From: Pseudomonas aeruginosa PAO1
GTDB taxonomy: Bacteria > Pseudomonadota > Gammaproteobacteria > Pseudomonadales > Pseudomonadaceae
NCBI RefSeq assembly: GCF_000006765.1
Contig: NC_002516.2
Length of the DNA: 64,000 nucleotides
Direction: 5' to 3' (one strand)
Shown here: piece by piece, positions 1 to 10,308 of the stretch
How positions within the stretch are numbered: position 1 is the first letter of the stretch
Layout: each line of letters begins with the position of its first letter
The notes under the pieces: model-generated
Told to the model about the DNA's origin: nothing
The model's input: the letters and a program-made list of their open reading frames with translations, nothing else
The model's database searches: none
Made by a program: the position numbers and the translations under genes

Positions 1-263
1 AGACAGTAGCCGACGCCGCTGGAGCCGCGGGCGAACCCCGGCAAGCTCCGCGCGGCGCGGCCGGATTGCCGGCGCACTCTACCAGTTCCGACCATTCGGC
101 GATATGACGGCGAACTCCGCGAAACTCCAGCGCATCGTTATCCGCCTTGCGGCATAATGAGCAAGACGGCCTCTTCGCGTGATGTCCGTCTCTTTTTTCA
201 GGTTCGCTTCGTTTTTCATCTTCATTTCATTTTCTACCCTCCGTCTTCAAGGGTTCTTCATTA

Positions 264-1694
264 ATGTTCAAGTCGCTGCGTACTCTTGCCTTCGCCACGC
301 TCCTGCCTTTCGCCCTTCCCACCCTCGCCCAGGTCAACGCCACCCTGCCGGCCAACGTGCAGAAAGCCCTGCAGACCAACAAGCTGACCGGCAACGATCT
401 GTCGCTGGTGCTGATTCCGCTCGACGGCCCGGGCAACCCCACCTACTACAACGCCGACGTATCGGTGAACCCGGCCTCGACCATGAAGCTGTTCACCACC
501 TATGCCGCCCTGGAAATGCTCGGCCCGACCTACCAGTGGAAGACCGAGTTCTACACCGACGGCCAGCTCAAGAACGGAGTGCTCAACGGCAACCTCTACC
601 TCAAGGGCGGCGGCGATCCGAAACTGAACATGGAGAAGCTCTGGCTGCTGATGCGCGACCTGCGCGCCAATGGCGTGACCAAGGTCACAGGTGACCTGGT
701 ACTCGACCGCAGCTACTTCAACATCCCGCAGTTGCCGGTATTCAACGACGACGGCGGCGACGACACCAAGCCGTTCCTGGTCGGTCCGGACTCGCTGCTG
801 GTCAACCTGAAGAGCGTGCGCATGGTGGTGCGCACCGACGGCAACAAGGTCAACGTGCAGATGGACCCGCCGCTGGCCAACGTACGCATCGACAACCAGG
901 TGAAGATGACCGCGCCGGCCACCTGCCCGGCCTGGCCGAAGCTGCGCTTCAGCCCGGTGACCCAGTTCGACGGCACCACCCTGCTGGCCACCGGACAGAT
1001 TCCCCAGGGCTGTAGCGCGCAGACCTACATGTCGCTGCTCGACCACCCCGGCTACACCGCCGGCGCGGTGCGCGGCATCTGGCAGGAGCTGGGCGGCAGC
1101 ATCCTCGGCAAGGACCGCCAGGGCAGCGTACCGCGCAACGCCACGCTGATCGCCAAGGCCTTCTCGCCAGACCTGGTCGAGATCATCCGCGACATCAACA
1201 AATACAGTAACAACACCATGGCCCGGCAGTTGTTCCTCTCCATCGGCGCGCAGTTCCGCAACAGTGCCGACGGCGACGACGCCCAGGCCGCGCAGCGGGT
1301 GGTGCGGCAGTGGCTGGCGCGCAAGGGCATCACCGCGCCGCGCCTGGTGATGGAGAACGGCTCGGGACTGTCGCGCCAGGAACGGGTCAGCGCCCGTGAG
1401 ATGGCGGCGATGCTGCAAGCCGCCTGGCACAGCCCCTATGCAGCGGAGTACATCTCCTCGCTGCCGCTGGCCGGCCTCGACGGCACCATGCGCAAACGCC
1501 TGCGGCGCACCGCACTGGTCGGCGAGGCGCACGTGAAGACCGGCACCCTCAACACCGTGCGCGCCCTCGCCGGCTTCAGCCGCGACGCCAGCGGCCACAA
1601 CTGGGTGGTGGTGGCGATCCTCAACAGCCCGCGGCCGTGGGGCGCTTCGGCGATCCTCGACCAGGTACTGCTGAGCCTGCACGCGCGGAAATAA
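264..1694 (+). CDS. dacB: D-alanyl-D-alanine carboxypeptidase/endopeptidase PBP4 (peptidase S13)
   Basis: 476 aa with a signal peptide and the penicillin-binding motifs SxxK (STMK), SxN (SNN) and KTG. ORF is intact. Confidence 0.95.
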   Translation: MFKSLRTLAFATLLPFALPTLAQVNATLPANVQKALQTNKLTGNDLSLVLIPLDGPGNPTYYNADVSVNPASTMKLFTTYAALEMLGPTYQWKTEFYTDGQLKNGVLNGNLYLKGGGDPKLNMEKLWLLMRDLRANGVTKVTGDLVLDRSYFNIPQLPVFNDDGGDDTKPFLVGPDSLLVNLKSVRMVVRTDGNKVNVQMDPPLANVRIDNQVKMTAPATCPAWPKLRFSPVTQFDGTTLLATGQIPQGCSAQTYMSLLDHPGYTAGAVRGIWQELGGSILGKDRQGSVPRNATLIAKAFSPDLVEIIRDINKYSNNTMARQLFLSIGAQFRNSADGDDAQAAQRVVRQWLARKGITAPRLVMENGSGLSRQERVSAREMAAMLQAAWHSPYAAEYISSLPLAGLDGTMRKRLRRTALVGEAHVKTGTLNTVRALAGFSRDASGHNWVVVAILNSPRPWGASAILDQVLLSLHARK

Positions 1695-1705
1695 GGCGCA
1701 GTACG

Positions 1706-1744
1706 AAAAAAAGGCCGCCAGCGGTTGCCCGCCGGCGGCCTTTT
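1706..1744. terminator. Bidirectional intrinsic terminator between dacB and rlmKL
   Basis: A7 run, then ggccgcc...ggcggcc stem, then T4, between convergent stop codons. Confidence 0.8.
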
Positions 1745-1762
1745 GCATGAATGCCGCTCGCC

Positions 1763-3940
1763 TCAGCGAACGGTGATTCTCCAGGCCCGATGGATCTTCG
1801 GATTACGCGCGAAATCCGGATCGAGGGTTTCGCCAGTGATCTCTTCGACCGCATAGCGGGCCTGCACGCTCTCGTCCAGTTCGAACTTGCGGAAGTTGTT
1901 GGAGAAATACAGCACCCCGCCCGGCGCCAGCCGCGCCATGGCCAGGTCGAGCAGTTCGACGTGGTCGCGCTGCACGTCGAACACGCCTTCCATGCGCTTG
2001 GAGTTGGAGAAGGTCGGCGGGTCGATGAAGATCAGTTCGTACTGGCCATCGTCTTCCCGCAACCACTCCATCACGTCGCCGTGCACCAGGCGCTGCTTGT
2101 CGGAAAAGCCGTTGAGCGACAGGTTGCGGCGCGCCCAGTCCAGGTAGGTCTTCGACAGGTCGACGCTGGTGGTGCTGCGCGCGCCGCCCCTGGCCGCATG
2201 TACGGTGGCCGTGGCGGTATAGCAGAACAGGTTGAGGAAGCGCTTACCGGCCGCCTCCTTCTGGATGCGCAGGCGCATCGGCCGGTGATCGAGGAACAGC
2301 CCGGTATCCAGGTAATCGGTCAGGTTCACCAGCAGGCGCACATCGCCCTCACCCACCTCGAGGAACTTGCCCTCGCTGCTCTGCCGTTCGTACTGCTTCT
2401 TGCCGGCCTGGCGCTCGCGGCGCTTGACCACCACTCGCTCCTGGGCAACGCCCAGGGTCTGCGGAATCGCCGCCAGGGCGTCGAACAGGCGCGCCTGGGC
2501 TTTTGCCGGATCGATCGACTTGGGCGCGGCGTACTCCTGGACGTGAACCCAATCGCCGTAGATATCCACCGCCAGGGCATACTCCGGCATGTCGGCGTCA
2601 TACAGGCGATAGCACTCGATCTTGTCGCGGCGCGCCCATTTGCCCAGTTGCCGGAGGTTCTTCTGCAGGCGATTGGCGAACATCTGCCCGCCCTCGCTCA
2701 GCCGTGCCGGCTCGCTCGGCGCCCGCGCCAGGCCTTCGTCGTTGCGTTCGCCACGCTCGCCGGTGACGAACTGGCGCGGCTCGACCTGGATCATCAGCAG
2801 CTTGCAGGCCAGCGCGCCGTTCCAGAACGCGTATTGCTTATGGCTGCGGATACCCATGCGCTTGCCCAGTTCCGGCGCCCCGGTGAACACCCCGGCGCTC
2901 CAGCCGATGCAGCTCTGGCGCAGGCGCTCGCCGAGGTTCTGGTAGAGATACAGCAGGCTGGCTTCGTCGCCGAGGCGCTCGCCATAGGGCGGGTTGCAGA
3001 TCACCAGGCCGGTCTGGCCCTTGTCCGGGCGCGGCTCGAAAGTCGCCAGTTCGCCCTGGTAGATCTTCACCCAGTCGGCCACTCCGGCACGCTCGATATT
3101 GTTGCACGCCGGCTGGATCAGGCGCGGGTCGGCCTCGTAGCCGCGAATCCACAACGGCGGCCTGGCCAGGCCGGCCGCCGCGCGCTGCTGGGCCTCCTCG
3201 TGGAGCTTGCGCCACAGCGCCGGCACGTGCCCCAGCCAACTGCTGAAGCCCCAGCGCTCGCGCTTGAGGTTCGGCGCGATATCGGCAGCCATCAGCGCCG
3301 CCTCGACCAGGAAGGTGCCGACGCCACACATCGGGTCGGCCAGGGCACCGCCCTCGGCGGCGATCTTCGGCCAGCCGGCACGGATCAACACCGCCGCCGC
3401 CAGGTTCTCCTTCAGCGGCGCGGCGCCCTGCTGCAGACGATAGCCGCGCTGGTGCAGGCTATGCCCGGAGAGGTCCAGGGAAAGGGTCGCCTGGCCGCGG
3501 TCGAGGTGCAGGTGGACGCGCACGTCCGGATTGACCTTGTCCACCGACGGACGTCGGCCGGAGCGCTCGCGCAGGTTGTCGACGATCGCATCCTTGACCT
3601 TCAGCGCCCCGAAATGGGTGTTGTCGATGCCCGAGCCCTTGCCGCTGAACTCCACCGCCAGCGTGCCGCCGGCGTCCAGGTGGTCTTCCCAGTTCACCGC
3701 GTGGACCGCCATGTACATGGACTCGGCGTTCTCCACCGGGAATCGCGCCAACACCAGCAAGACCCGGTTGGCCAGGCGCGACCACAGGCAGAGGCGATAG
3801 GCCACCTCCAGGCTGCCCTGCCCGCGCACCGCCGACACCTGGGCGCGCGCCTCGTCCAGGCCGAGCCCCTGCGCCTCTTCGAGGAGCAGGCTTTCCAGGC
3901 CTTTCGGGCAGGTCAGAAACAATTCGTAAACATCAGCCAT
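1763..3940 (-). CDS. rlmKL: Bifunctional 23S rRNA m2G2445/m7G2069 methyltransferase RlmKL
   Basis: Start re-picked at MADVYELFLT (725 aa). THUMP region, DPMCGVGT and NPPY in the first methyltransferase domain, LNLFCYT and DPPTF in the second. Confidence 0.93.
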   Translation of the reverse strand: MADVYELFLTCPKGLESLLLEEAQGLGLDEARAQVSAVRGQGSLEVAYRLCLWSRLANRVLLVLARFPVENAESMYMAVHAVNWEDHLDAGGTLAVEFSGKGSGIDNTHFGALKVKDAIVDNLRERSGRRPSVDKVNPDVRVHLHLDRGQATLSLDLSGHSLHQRGYRLQQGAAPLKENLAAAVLIRAGWPKIAAEGGALADPMCGVGTFLVEAALMAADIAPNLKRERWGFSSWLGHVPALWRKLHEEAQQRAAAGLARPPLWIRGYEADPRLIQPACNNIERAGVADWVKIYQGELATFEPRPDKGQTGLVICNPPYGERLGDEASLLYLYQNLGERLRQSCIGWSAGVFTGAPELGKRMGIRSHKQYAFWNGALACKLLMIQVEPRQFVTGERGERNDEGLARAPSEPARLSEGGQMFANRLQKNLRQLGKWARRDKIECYRLYDADMPEYALAVDIYGDWVHVQEYAAPKSIDPAKAQARLFDALAAIPQTLGVAQERVVVKRRERQAGKKQYERQSSEGKFLEVGEGDVRLLVNLTDYLDTGLFLDHRPMRLRIQKEAAGKRFLNLFCYTATATVHAARGGARSTTSVDLSKTYLDWARRNLSLNGFSDKQRLVHGDVMEWLREDDGQYELIFIDPPTFSNSKRMEGVFDVQRDHVELLDLAMARLAPGGVLYFSNNFRKFELDESVQARYAVEEITGETLDPDFARNPKIHRAWRITVR

Positions 3941-4269
3941 ATCGCCTTCCCGGGCCGTAGCCCTTGTCAGTGGAAGCACCCTCATGGGCACTTCTTTGGC
4001 ACCAGGTGCCGTGGTTCGATTGCCGGAACGCTCCCGGCGTTGCTCGCTGCGACCCCGAGTCGCAGTCTGGGCGACCCTTCGTCGGAATGCGAGGAAATCT
4101 CAATTGGTGGGGGTGCAAATCGTTATAAGGCGCAACCCCGCGACCCTGCGGCGTTAGCGCCGGAAACCAGGCGTCATGAGCCTGCAACATATGGCCCTAT
4201 CGACGAAAGCGTTAAGTCTTTATGACAAATCGGTCATTCACACGCCTGAACGCTTTGGTTAGAACTCCA

Positions 4270-4400
4270 GTTAATCCGCCACCGCAACGGTGTCGGGCGA
4301 GGGTCGTCACGCCGGCAACGACCCCTTTCGGCGAAAGCTTCGCCAGGCCTCCCCTGGGGGCCAACGGGACATAACAGTCAACAAGTGAGGGCAACACCCT
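4270..4400 (+). promoter_or_regulatory. Structured rmf 5' leader (probable Pseudomonas rmf RNA motif)
   Basis: Consecutive hairpins: caccg/cggtg, gggtcgt/acgaccc, ggcgaa/ttcgcc, ggcctccc/gggggcc, and aggg/ccct next to the ATG. A conserved rmf leader motif is known in Pseudomonas. Boundaries are approximate. Confidence 0.7.
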
Positions 4401-4613
4401 ATGAGAAGACTTAAGCGTGATCCGTTGGAAAGAGCCTTCTTGCGTGGTTATCAGAACGGCATAACCGGTAAATCTCGTGATCTTTGTCCGTTCACCCATC
4501 CTACGACGCGGCAGTCCTGGCTCAACGGCTGGCGCGAGGGCCGTGGCGACAACTGGGACGGCCTCACTGGCACGGCCGGCTTACAACGTCTCAATCAACT
4601 CCAGCACGTGTAA
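4401..4613 (+). CDS. rmf: Ribosome modulation factor
   Basis: 70 aa, MRRLKRDPLERAFLRGYQ...WLNGWREG signature. Confidence 0.95.
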   Translation: MRRLKRDPLERAFLRGYQNGITGKSRDLCPFTHPTTRQSWLNGWREGRGDNWDGLTGTAGLQRLNQLQHV

Positions 4614-4677
4614 GCGACAACACGGATAGCACCGATTTCCCCAAGGCACGCCCCATCCGGGCGGCGGGCGCAAGCCC

Positions 4678-4701
4678 AAGGGCTCCGCAAGGAGCCCTTT
4701 T
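4678..4701. terminator. Intrinsic terminator between rmf and pyrD
   Basis: aagggctcc-gcaa-ggagccctt followed by T. Confidence 0.8.
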
Positions 4702-5729
4702 CAATTCCGCCGCGGCAATGCGGCGATGGCGTCCACCGCTTCGCGGATCAACGCCGGTCCCTTGTAGATGAAACCCGAATAGATCTGCACCAGGCTCGCC
4801 CCGGCGGCGATCTTCTCCGCCGCGTGCGCGCCCTCGGTGATACCGCCGGCGGCGATGATCGGCAGCCGTCCGCCCAGTTCGCCGGCCAGCACCTTCACCG
4901 TGTGCGTGCTCTTTTCCCGCACCGGCGCGCCGGACAGGCCACCCGCCTCGTCGCCATGCGGCAGGCCTTCCACGCCTTCGCGGCCGAGAGTGGTATTGGT
5001 CGCGATCACCGCGTCCATCCCCGCCTCGACCAGCGCCGCGGCGACCAGCGCGGTCTCTTCGTCGGTCATGTCCGGGGCGATCTTGATCGCCAGCGGTACC
5101 CGCCGGCCATGCCGCAGCGCCAGCGCTTCCTGACGCTGGCGCAGTGCCTCCAGCAGTTGCTTGAGCGAATCGCCGAACTGCAGGCTGCGCAGGCCGGGCG
5201 TGTTCGGCGAGCTGACGTTGACGGTGACGTAGCTGGCGTCGGCGTAGACCTTGTCCAGGCAGATCAGGTAGTCGTCGACCGCGCGCTCCACCGGGGTATC
5301 GAAGTTCTTGCCGATGTTGATCCCCAGCACGCCGCGATACTTCGCCGCACGCACCCGCGCCAGCAGGTGGTCGACGCCGTGGTTGTTGAAACCCATGCGA
5401 TTGATGATCGCGTTGGCTTGCGGCAGGCGGAACAGGCGCGGCCTGGGATTGCCCGGCTGCGGTCGCGGAGTGACGGTGCCGATCTCGATGAAGCCGAAAC
5501 CGAGCTGGCCGAACCCGTCGATGGCGTCGCCGTTCTTGTCCAGGCCCGCGGCCAGCCCCACCGGGTTGGGAAACTCCAGGCCCAGCACAGAGACCGGCAG
5601 ACTGGCCGGCTTGGGCGTCAGCAGGCGGTTCAGGCCCAGGCGGCCGCCGGCCCCGATCAGGTCGATGGACAGTTCGTGGGAGGTTTCCGGGGACAGTTTG
5701 AACAGCAGCTGGCGGGCCAGGGTGTACAT
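4701..5729 (-). CDS. pyrD: Quinone-dependent dihydroorotate dehydrogenase (class 2)
   Basis: Start [10 protein letters not shown] (342 aa). [22 protein letters not shown] and GGLSG motifs. Confidence 0.96.
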   Translation of the reverse strand: MYTLARQLLFKLSPETSHELSIDLIGAGGRLGLNRLLTPKPASLPVSVLGLEFPNPVGLAAGLDKNGDAIDGFGQLGFGFIEIGTVTPRPQPGNPRPRLFRLPQANAIINRMGFNNHGVDHLLARVRAAKYRGVLGINIGKNFDTPVERAVDDYLICLDKVYADASYVTVNVSSPNTPGLRSLQFGDSLKQLLEALRQRQEALALRHGRRVPLAIKIAPDMTDEETALVAAALVEAGMDAVIATNTTLGREGVEGLPHGDEAGGLSGAPVREKSTHTVKVLAGELGGRLPIIAAGGITEGAHAAEKIAAGASLVQIYSGFIYKGPALIREAVDAIAALPRRN

Positions 5730-5785
5730 GGTCGGGTATCGGTCGGCAGAATGAAGGGTGCCGATTATAGCCGTCGAGCGCCCGC

Positions 5786-6007
5786 TCAGGCGAGGCGTTG
5801 CAGCGCCAGCAGGCGGCCATCCTCGCTGAAATCGAGGCGGAACGTGCCATGCACGCCATCGTGGCCGATGAACGGACGCAGGTGATGGGCCGGCAGGTTC
5901 ACCCGGCGACCGTCGCGGCTGCGCAGCAGGACCCGATTGGCCCTGCCGCCGTAGATGGCCTGCAGGCGTTCGCCGGACAGGGCGATATCCATGATGAGAC
6001 TGGGCAT
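5786..6007 (-). CDS. Small hypothetical protein (DUF2835-like)
   Basis: 73 aa from [10 protein letters not shown]. The [21 protein letters not shown] pattern is recalled for DUF2835. An upstream start at 6067 is possible. Confidence 0.7.
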   Translation of the reverse strand: MPSLIMDIALSGERLQAIYGGRANRVLLRSRDGRRVNLPAHHLRPFIGHDGVHGTFRLDFSEDGRLLALQRLA

Positions 6008-6159
6008 GGAGCCCCCCGCTTGAATGAACCACGACAGCTTGCCACAAACCACGCGGTTGAATGTCACGCCCGAACCTGTGCTTCAATGGACGGACCGTCG
6101 CCGTCCCCTCCCACCCCTTTCCGCGTCGGTCGCCGAGCCCGAGGAGCCCTCCGTCGATC

Positions 6160-7041
6160 ATGAGTTCCAACTCGCGTAGCAACAGCACCTTCACCGGTCG
6201 CCTTTCCGCACTCGCCAACCGCCTGCGCCTGGGTGCCGCGCGAAGCGATGGCCGGGAGCTGCGCGAACGGGCGGCCGCCCTCGAGCTGCCGTTCCAGCCA
6301 TTGCGACGGCCGGAGCCGAGCGTCTGGTGGCAGGCCGGACCGCCCCTGCACACCCTGGTCGACCTGCCGCGCGGCGCGCTGTCCGGCCCGGTCCAGGAAG
6401 ACAAGGCGGAAGCCCACGCGGTCCTCAAGCGCCTGGTGCGGGTCAGCCACTCCACCCTGGAGTCGGTCGACCTGAAGACCATCGAAGGCGTATGCAGCCG
6501 CGAGATCCTCGTCCAGGCACCTTGCCCACGCCTGGAAGACCTGGCCACGGCCGAGGTCTGCCGGGGCGTACGGATCATCAGCTACAAGGATTTCGTCAAG
6601 GCCCTGAGCCTGGCCCTGCCGCGTTTCACCAACGGCGACAGCATCCGCCTGCGCCAGGCCGCCTGGCACGGCGAGCGCCTGTTCTGGGCGGGCGAACGCC
6701 AGGCCTGCGCCTTCGCCGCGGCGATCGTCTACGCCCGCCGCCGCGAACTGGAACTGAAGCTGCCGGCACATCTGGAACGCTACGAACTGGAGCCCGGCGC
6801 GCTGGACGAACTGGAACAGCGCTACCACATGCTGCGGATTCCGACCGAGGCCTGGTCCGAGCCGACCTTCATGAGCCTGCTGCTGGATACCGGCCTGCCC
6901 TATGCGCGACTCGCCCTGTTCACCCCGGAAACCCCGGAGTGCCTGTTGCTGCCCCGCAACGACGAACGCGCCGATGCCCTCGGCGAAGGTCTGCGGGCGG
7001 CTGGCGCGGCAGACGTGGTGAAGTATCTGAAGCAACTGTAG
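6160..7041 (+). CDS. Conserved hypothetical cytoplasmic protein
   Basis: Typical P. aeruginosa codon usage. The start is uncertain (6061 or 6160); no recognisable motif. Confidence 0.7.
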   Translation: MSSNSRSNSTFTGRLSALANRLRLGAARSDGRELRERAAALELPFQPLRRPEPSVWWQAGPPLHTLVDLPRGALSGPVQEDKAEAHAVLKRLVRVSHSTLESVDLKTIEGVCSREILVQAPCPRLEDLATAEVCRGVRIISYKDFVKALSLALPRFTNGDSIRLRQAAWHGERLFWAGERQACAFAAAIVYARRRELELKLPAHLERYELEPGALDELEQRYHMLRIPTEAWSEPTFMSLLLDTGLPYARLALFTPETPECLLLPRNDERADALGEGLRAAGAADVVKYLKQL

Positions 7042-7112
7042 GCAACCGGCCAGGACTGGCCAGCTCGCGCCCTGACGTGCATCCTCCAGCAGACCCACAC
7101 AGGAGCGATCGC

Positions 7113-8120
7113 ATGTCCCTACCCCGCCTCAGCCTCAGCCTCTGTCTCGCCCTCGCCTGCGGGCCGGCGCTGGCCAGCCAGGCGCCGGTCTACGGCGAAC
7201 GCCTGGAAGGCTTCGACTACGCCTATCCGGTGCATTATCTGGACTTCACCTCCCAGGGCCAGCCGCTGAGCATGGCCTACCTCGACGTCGCGCCGAAGAA
7301 AGCCAACGGCCGCACCATCCTGCTCATGCACGGCAAGAATTTCTGCGCCGGGACCTGGGAGCGCACCATCGACGTGCTCGCCGACGCCGGCTACCGGGTG
7401 ATCGCCGTCGACCAGGTCGGTTTCTGCAAGTCGAGCAAGCCGGCCCATTACCAGTACAGCTTCCAGCAACTGGCAGCCAACACCCACGCCCTGCTGGAAC
7501 GGCTCGGCGTCGCCCGGGCCAGCGTGATCGGCCACTCCATGGGCGGCATGCTCGCTACCCGCTACGCCCTGCTCTATCCGCGGCAGGTCGAACGACTGGT
7601 GCTGGTCAACCCCATCGGTCTGGAGGACTGGAAGGCCCTGGGCGTGCCCTGGCGCAGCGTCGACGACTGGTACAGGCGCGACTTGCAGACCAGCGCCGAA
7701 GGCATTCGCCAATACCAGCAAGCCACCTACTACGCCGGCGAATGGCGCCCCGAGTTCGATCGCTGGGTACAGATGCAGGCCGGCATGTATCGCGGCAAGG
7801 GGCGCGAGTCGGTGGCCTGGAACTCGGCGCTGACCTACGACATGATCTTCACCCAGCCGGTGGTCTACGAACTGGACCGGTTGCAGATGCCGACCCTGCT
7901 GCTGATCGGCGAGAAAGACAACACCGCCATCGGCAAGGACGCCGCGCCGGCAGAACTGAAAGCCAGGCTGGGCAACTACGCGCAACTGGGCAAGGACGCC
8001 GCCAGACGGATTCCCCAGGCGACCCTGGTGGAATTCCCCGACCTTGGCCATACCCCGCAGATACAGGCTCCGGAACGCTTCCACCAGGCACTGCTGGAGG
8101 GTCTGCAAACCCAGCCCTGA
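7113..8120 (+). CDS. Exported alpha/beta hydrolase
   Basis: Start MSLPRL after CAGGAG (335 aa). Signal peptide, HGKNF oxyanion loop, GHSMGG nucleophile, GEKD and GHTP. Confidence 0.88.
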   Translation: MSLPRLSLSLCLALACGPALASQAPVYGERLEGFDYAYPVHYLDFTSQGQPLSMAYLDVAPKKANGRTILLMHGKNFCAGTWERTIDVLADAGYRVIAVDQVGFCKSSKPAHYQYSFQQLAANTHALLERLGVARASVIGHSMGGMLATRYALLYPRQVERLVLVNPIGLEDWKALGVPWRSVDDWYRRDLQTSAEGIRQYQQATYYAGEWRPEFDRWVQMQAGMYRGKGRESVAWNSALTYDMIFTQPVVYELDRLQMPTLLLIGEKDNTAIGKDAAPAELKARLGNYAQLGKDAARRIPQATLVEFPDLGHTPQIQAPERFHQALLEGLQTQP

Positions 8121-8287
8121 ACCATCCACCGGCGGCGCTCTCGCCATCGGCTTCGCCGCGCCTTGCCCGGCGTCAACACCGATGCCTGCCGCCGGCGTTT
8201 CACTGCACTGGCTGCGCGACGACGCGTGGCTCGCGTCGCGCAGGCCCGCCCACGCCGCGGCCGTTCCCATCCACATGGAGGTTCATC

Positions 8288-10192
8288 GTGTTCCCTTGCC
8301 TACCCCGTTCGCTACTCGCCGGCGTCCTGCTGGCGAGCGCCCTGCCCGCTCACGCGGAGCTGCCCCACGCGCCCGCCTACATCGATGACAGCGCCTACCC
8401 GGCCGCGGCCCGCCAGCGCATCCTGCCACCGATGTTCGAGCAGAGGCTGGGCAGCCTGCGCTACCTCGCCAAGCCCGGCGACCCCTTGATCACCCAGGCC
8501 GAGAGCAGCGACTTCCAGCGTACCAGCGACTACCGCGAGACCCGCGCCTACCTGGAGAAACTGGTAGCCGCCTCCTCCGGCCGCATCGCCCTGCGCGAGT
8601 TGCCCGAGCGCAGCGCCGAGGGTCACCCGATGCTGCTGGTGACCGCCTCCACCGAGGCCGACAAGTCCGCCGCCGGCCTGAAGCGCTCCGCCAAGCCGAC
8701 CTTGCTGGTGGAAGCCGAGATCCATCCCGGCGAGGCCAACGGCAAGGACGCCATGTTCATGCTGCTGCGCGACATGAGCGCTGCCGACCGCCCGCTCGCC
8801 GGGCTGCTGGAGAAGATCAACCTGCTGTTCATCCCGGTGGTCAACGTCGACGGCGACCTGCGCCGCAGCGCCTACGGGCGGATCAACCAGAACGGCCCGC
8901 AGGAGACCGGCTGGCGGGTGAACGGCCGCAATCTCAATCTCAACCGCGACTTCACCAAGCTCGACAGCGCGGAGATCCGCAACGTCGCCTGGGTGTTCAA
9001 CCACTACGAGCTGAGCTTCTTCGCCGACACCCACTCCACCGACGGCGCCATGTATCCCTACGACAGCTCCTACTGCCACAACGGCAACGGCTGGTCACCG
9101 GCGAGCAGCGCCTGGATGGACCAGGTCATGCGCAAGCCGGTGTACCAGGCGCTGGAAAGCCTCGGGCACATGGTCCATGAATGCATCAGCCTGAACGACA
9201 ACCAGGATCCGACCCAGGGCTACTACCCCTACCGCACCGACCTGGCGCGCTTCTCCAACCAGTACGGCGACATCCGCAACGTGCCGTCGATCCTCATCGA
9301 GCAACACGCCCTGCATCCGTACAAGACCCAGGTGCTGGGCAACTACGTGATGCTCAAGGCGATGTTCGAGGTGATCGGCGAGCAGGCCGCCAGCCTGCGC
9401 CAGGCCATCGCCAGCGACCGCGAGCGCCTGCTGCGGCAGAAGGAGGTGATCCTCACCTGGAAGCCGGGCGAGGTCGCCGAGACGCCGTTCGTGGTGGGCG
9501 ACTACCGCTACGAGCAATCGCCGGTCACCGGAGCCCGCACCATCGTCTGGAGCAACCGGCCGAAGACGCTGAAACTGCCGGTGACCGACAACGGCGTACC
9601 CGACCTGGTGGTGCCGCGTCCCCAGCGTTTCATCGTCCCGGCGCAGTGGCACGAGGTGATCGCCCGGATCAAGGCCCATGGCATCCGCTATAGCACCCTC
9701 GAGCGTCCGACCGAAATCGCCGTGACCCTGTACCGCATGGACGACATCAAGCTCGCCGATGGCTTCGAACCGGATCGCGTGCAAGGCAACCGGATTCCGG
9801 GCTACGAAGGTCGCCTGCTGGTCAGCGGCACGCCGAAGCCGTTCCAGCGCCTGCTGACCTTCCCGGCCGGCTCGCTGTCGATCGACACCGCCCAGCCGCT
9901 GGGCGTCCTGGCCATCGACCTGCTGCAACCGCAGAGTCCGGATTCCTTCTGGTCCTGGGGCTTCTTCAATTCCACCCTGGTGGCCGCCGAGGAGCCGGAG
10001 GAATACGTGATGGAGCCGATGGCGCGCAAGATGCTGGCGGAAGACCCGGCGCTGAAGGCCGCCTTCGACAAACGCCTGCGCGAGGACAAGGCCTTCGCCG
10101 CCGATCCGCAGGCGCGCCTGCAATGGTTCTACCAGCGCACGCCGTTCTACGACGTGAACGCCTTCGTCTATCCGGTAGGAGTGGTGTTCTGA
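8288..10192 (+). CDS. Exported M14-family zinc carboxypeptidase
   Basis: GTG start after GGAGG (634 aa). Signal peptide, IHPGE (HxxE), NVDG, NLNR and DTHS motifs. Confidence 0.85.
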   Translation: MFPCLPRSLLAGVLLASALPAHAELPHAPAYIDDSAYPAAARQRILPPMFEQRLGSLRYLAKPGDPLITQAESSDFQRTSDYRETRAYLEKLVAASSGRIALRELPERSAEGHPMLLVTASTEADKSAAGLKRSAKPTLLVEAEIHPGEANGKDAMFMLLRDMSAADRPLAGLLEKINLLFIPVVNVDGDLRRSAYGRINQNGPQETGWRVNGRNLNLNRDFTKLDSAEIRNVAWVFNHYELSFFADTHSTDGAMYPYDSSYCHNGNGWSPASSAWMDQVMRKPVYQALESLGHMVHECISLNDNQDPTQGYYPYRTDLARFSNQYGDIRNVPSILIEQHALHPYKTQVLGNYVMLKAMFEVIGEQAASLRQAIASDRERLLRQKEVILTWKPGEVAETPFVVGDYRYEQSPVTGARTIVWSNRPKTLKLPVTDNGVPDLVVPRPQRFIVPAQWHEVIARIKAHGIRYSTLERPTEIAVTLYRMDDIKLADGFEPDRVQGNRIPGYEGRLLVSGTPKPFQRLLTFPAGSLSIDTAQPLGVLAIDLLQPQSPDSFWSWGFFNSTLVAAEEPEEYVMEPMARKMLAEDPALKAAFDKRLREDKAFAADPQARLQWFYQRTPFYDVNAFVYPVGVVF

Positions 10193-10210
10193 GGCCCACC
10201 TGGGGCTGAC

Positions 10211-10241
10211 GGCGGATAACGCTGCGCGTTATCCGCCCTAC
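10211..10241 (-). repeat. GTAG-type REP element
   Basis: Perfect 12-bp stem ggcggataacgc/gcgttatccgcc. On the minus strand it is headed by GTAG. Confidence 0.8.
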
Positions 10242-10265
10242 CGCTGGGCTTCGGGAGCCCCGTTG

Positions 10266-10300
10266 CCTCTCCCGCTTGCGGGAGAGGGCTGGGGAGAGGG
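10266..10300. repeat. cctctccc...gggagagg palindromic intergenic repeat
   Basis: 10-bp stem cctctcccgc-tt-gcgggagagg, followed by a second ggggagaggg arm. Confidence 0.65.
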
Positions 10301-10308
10301 AGCCGGTC

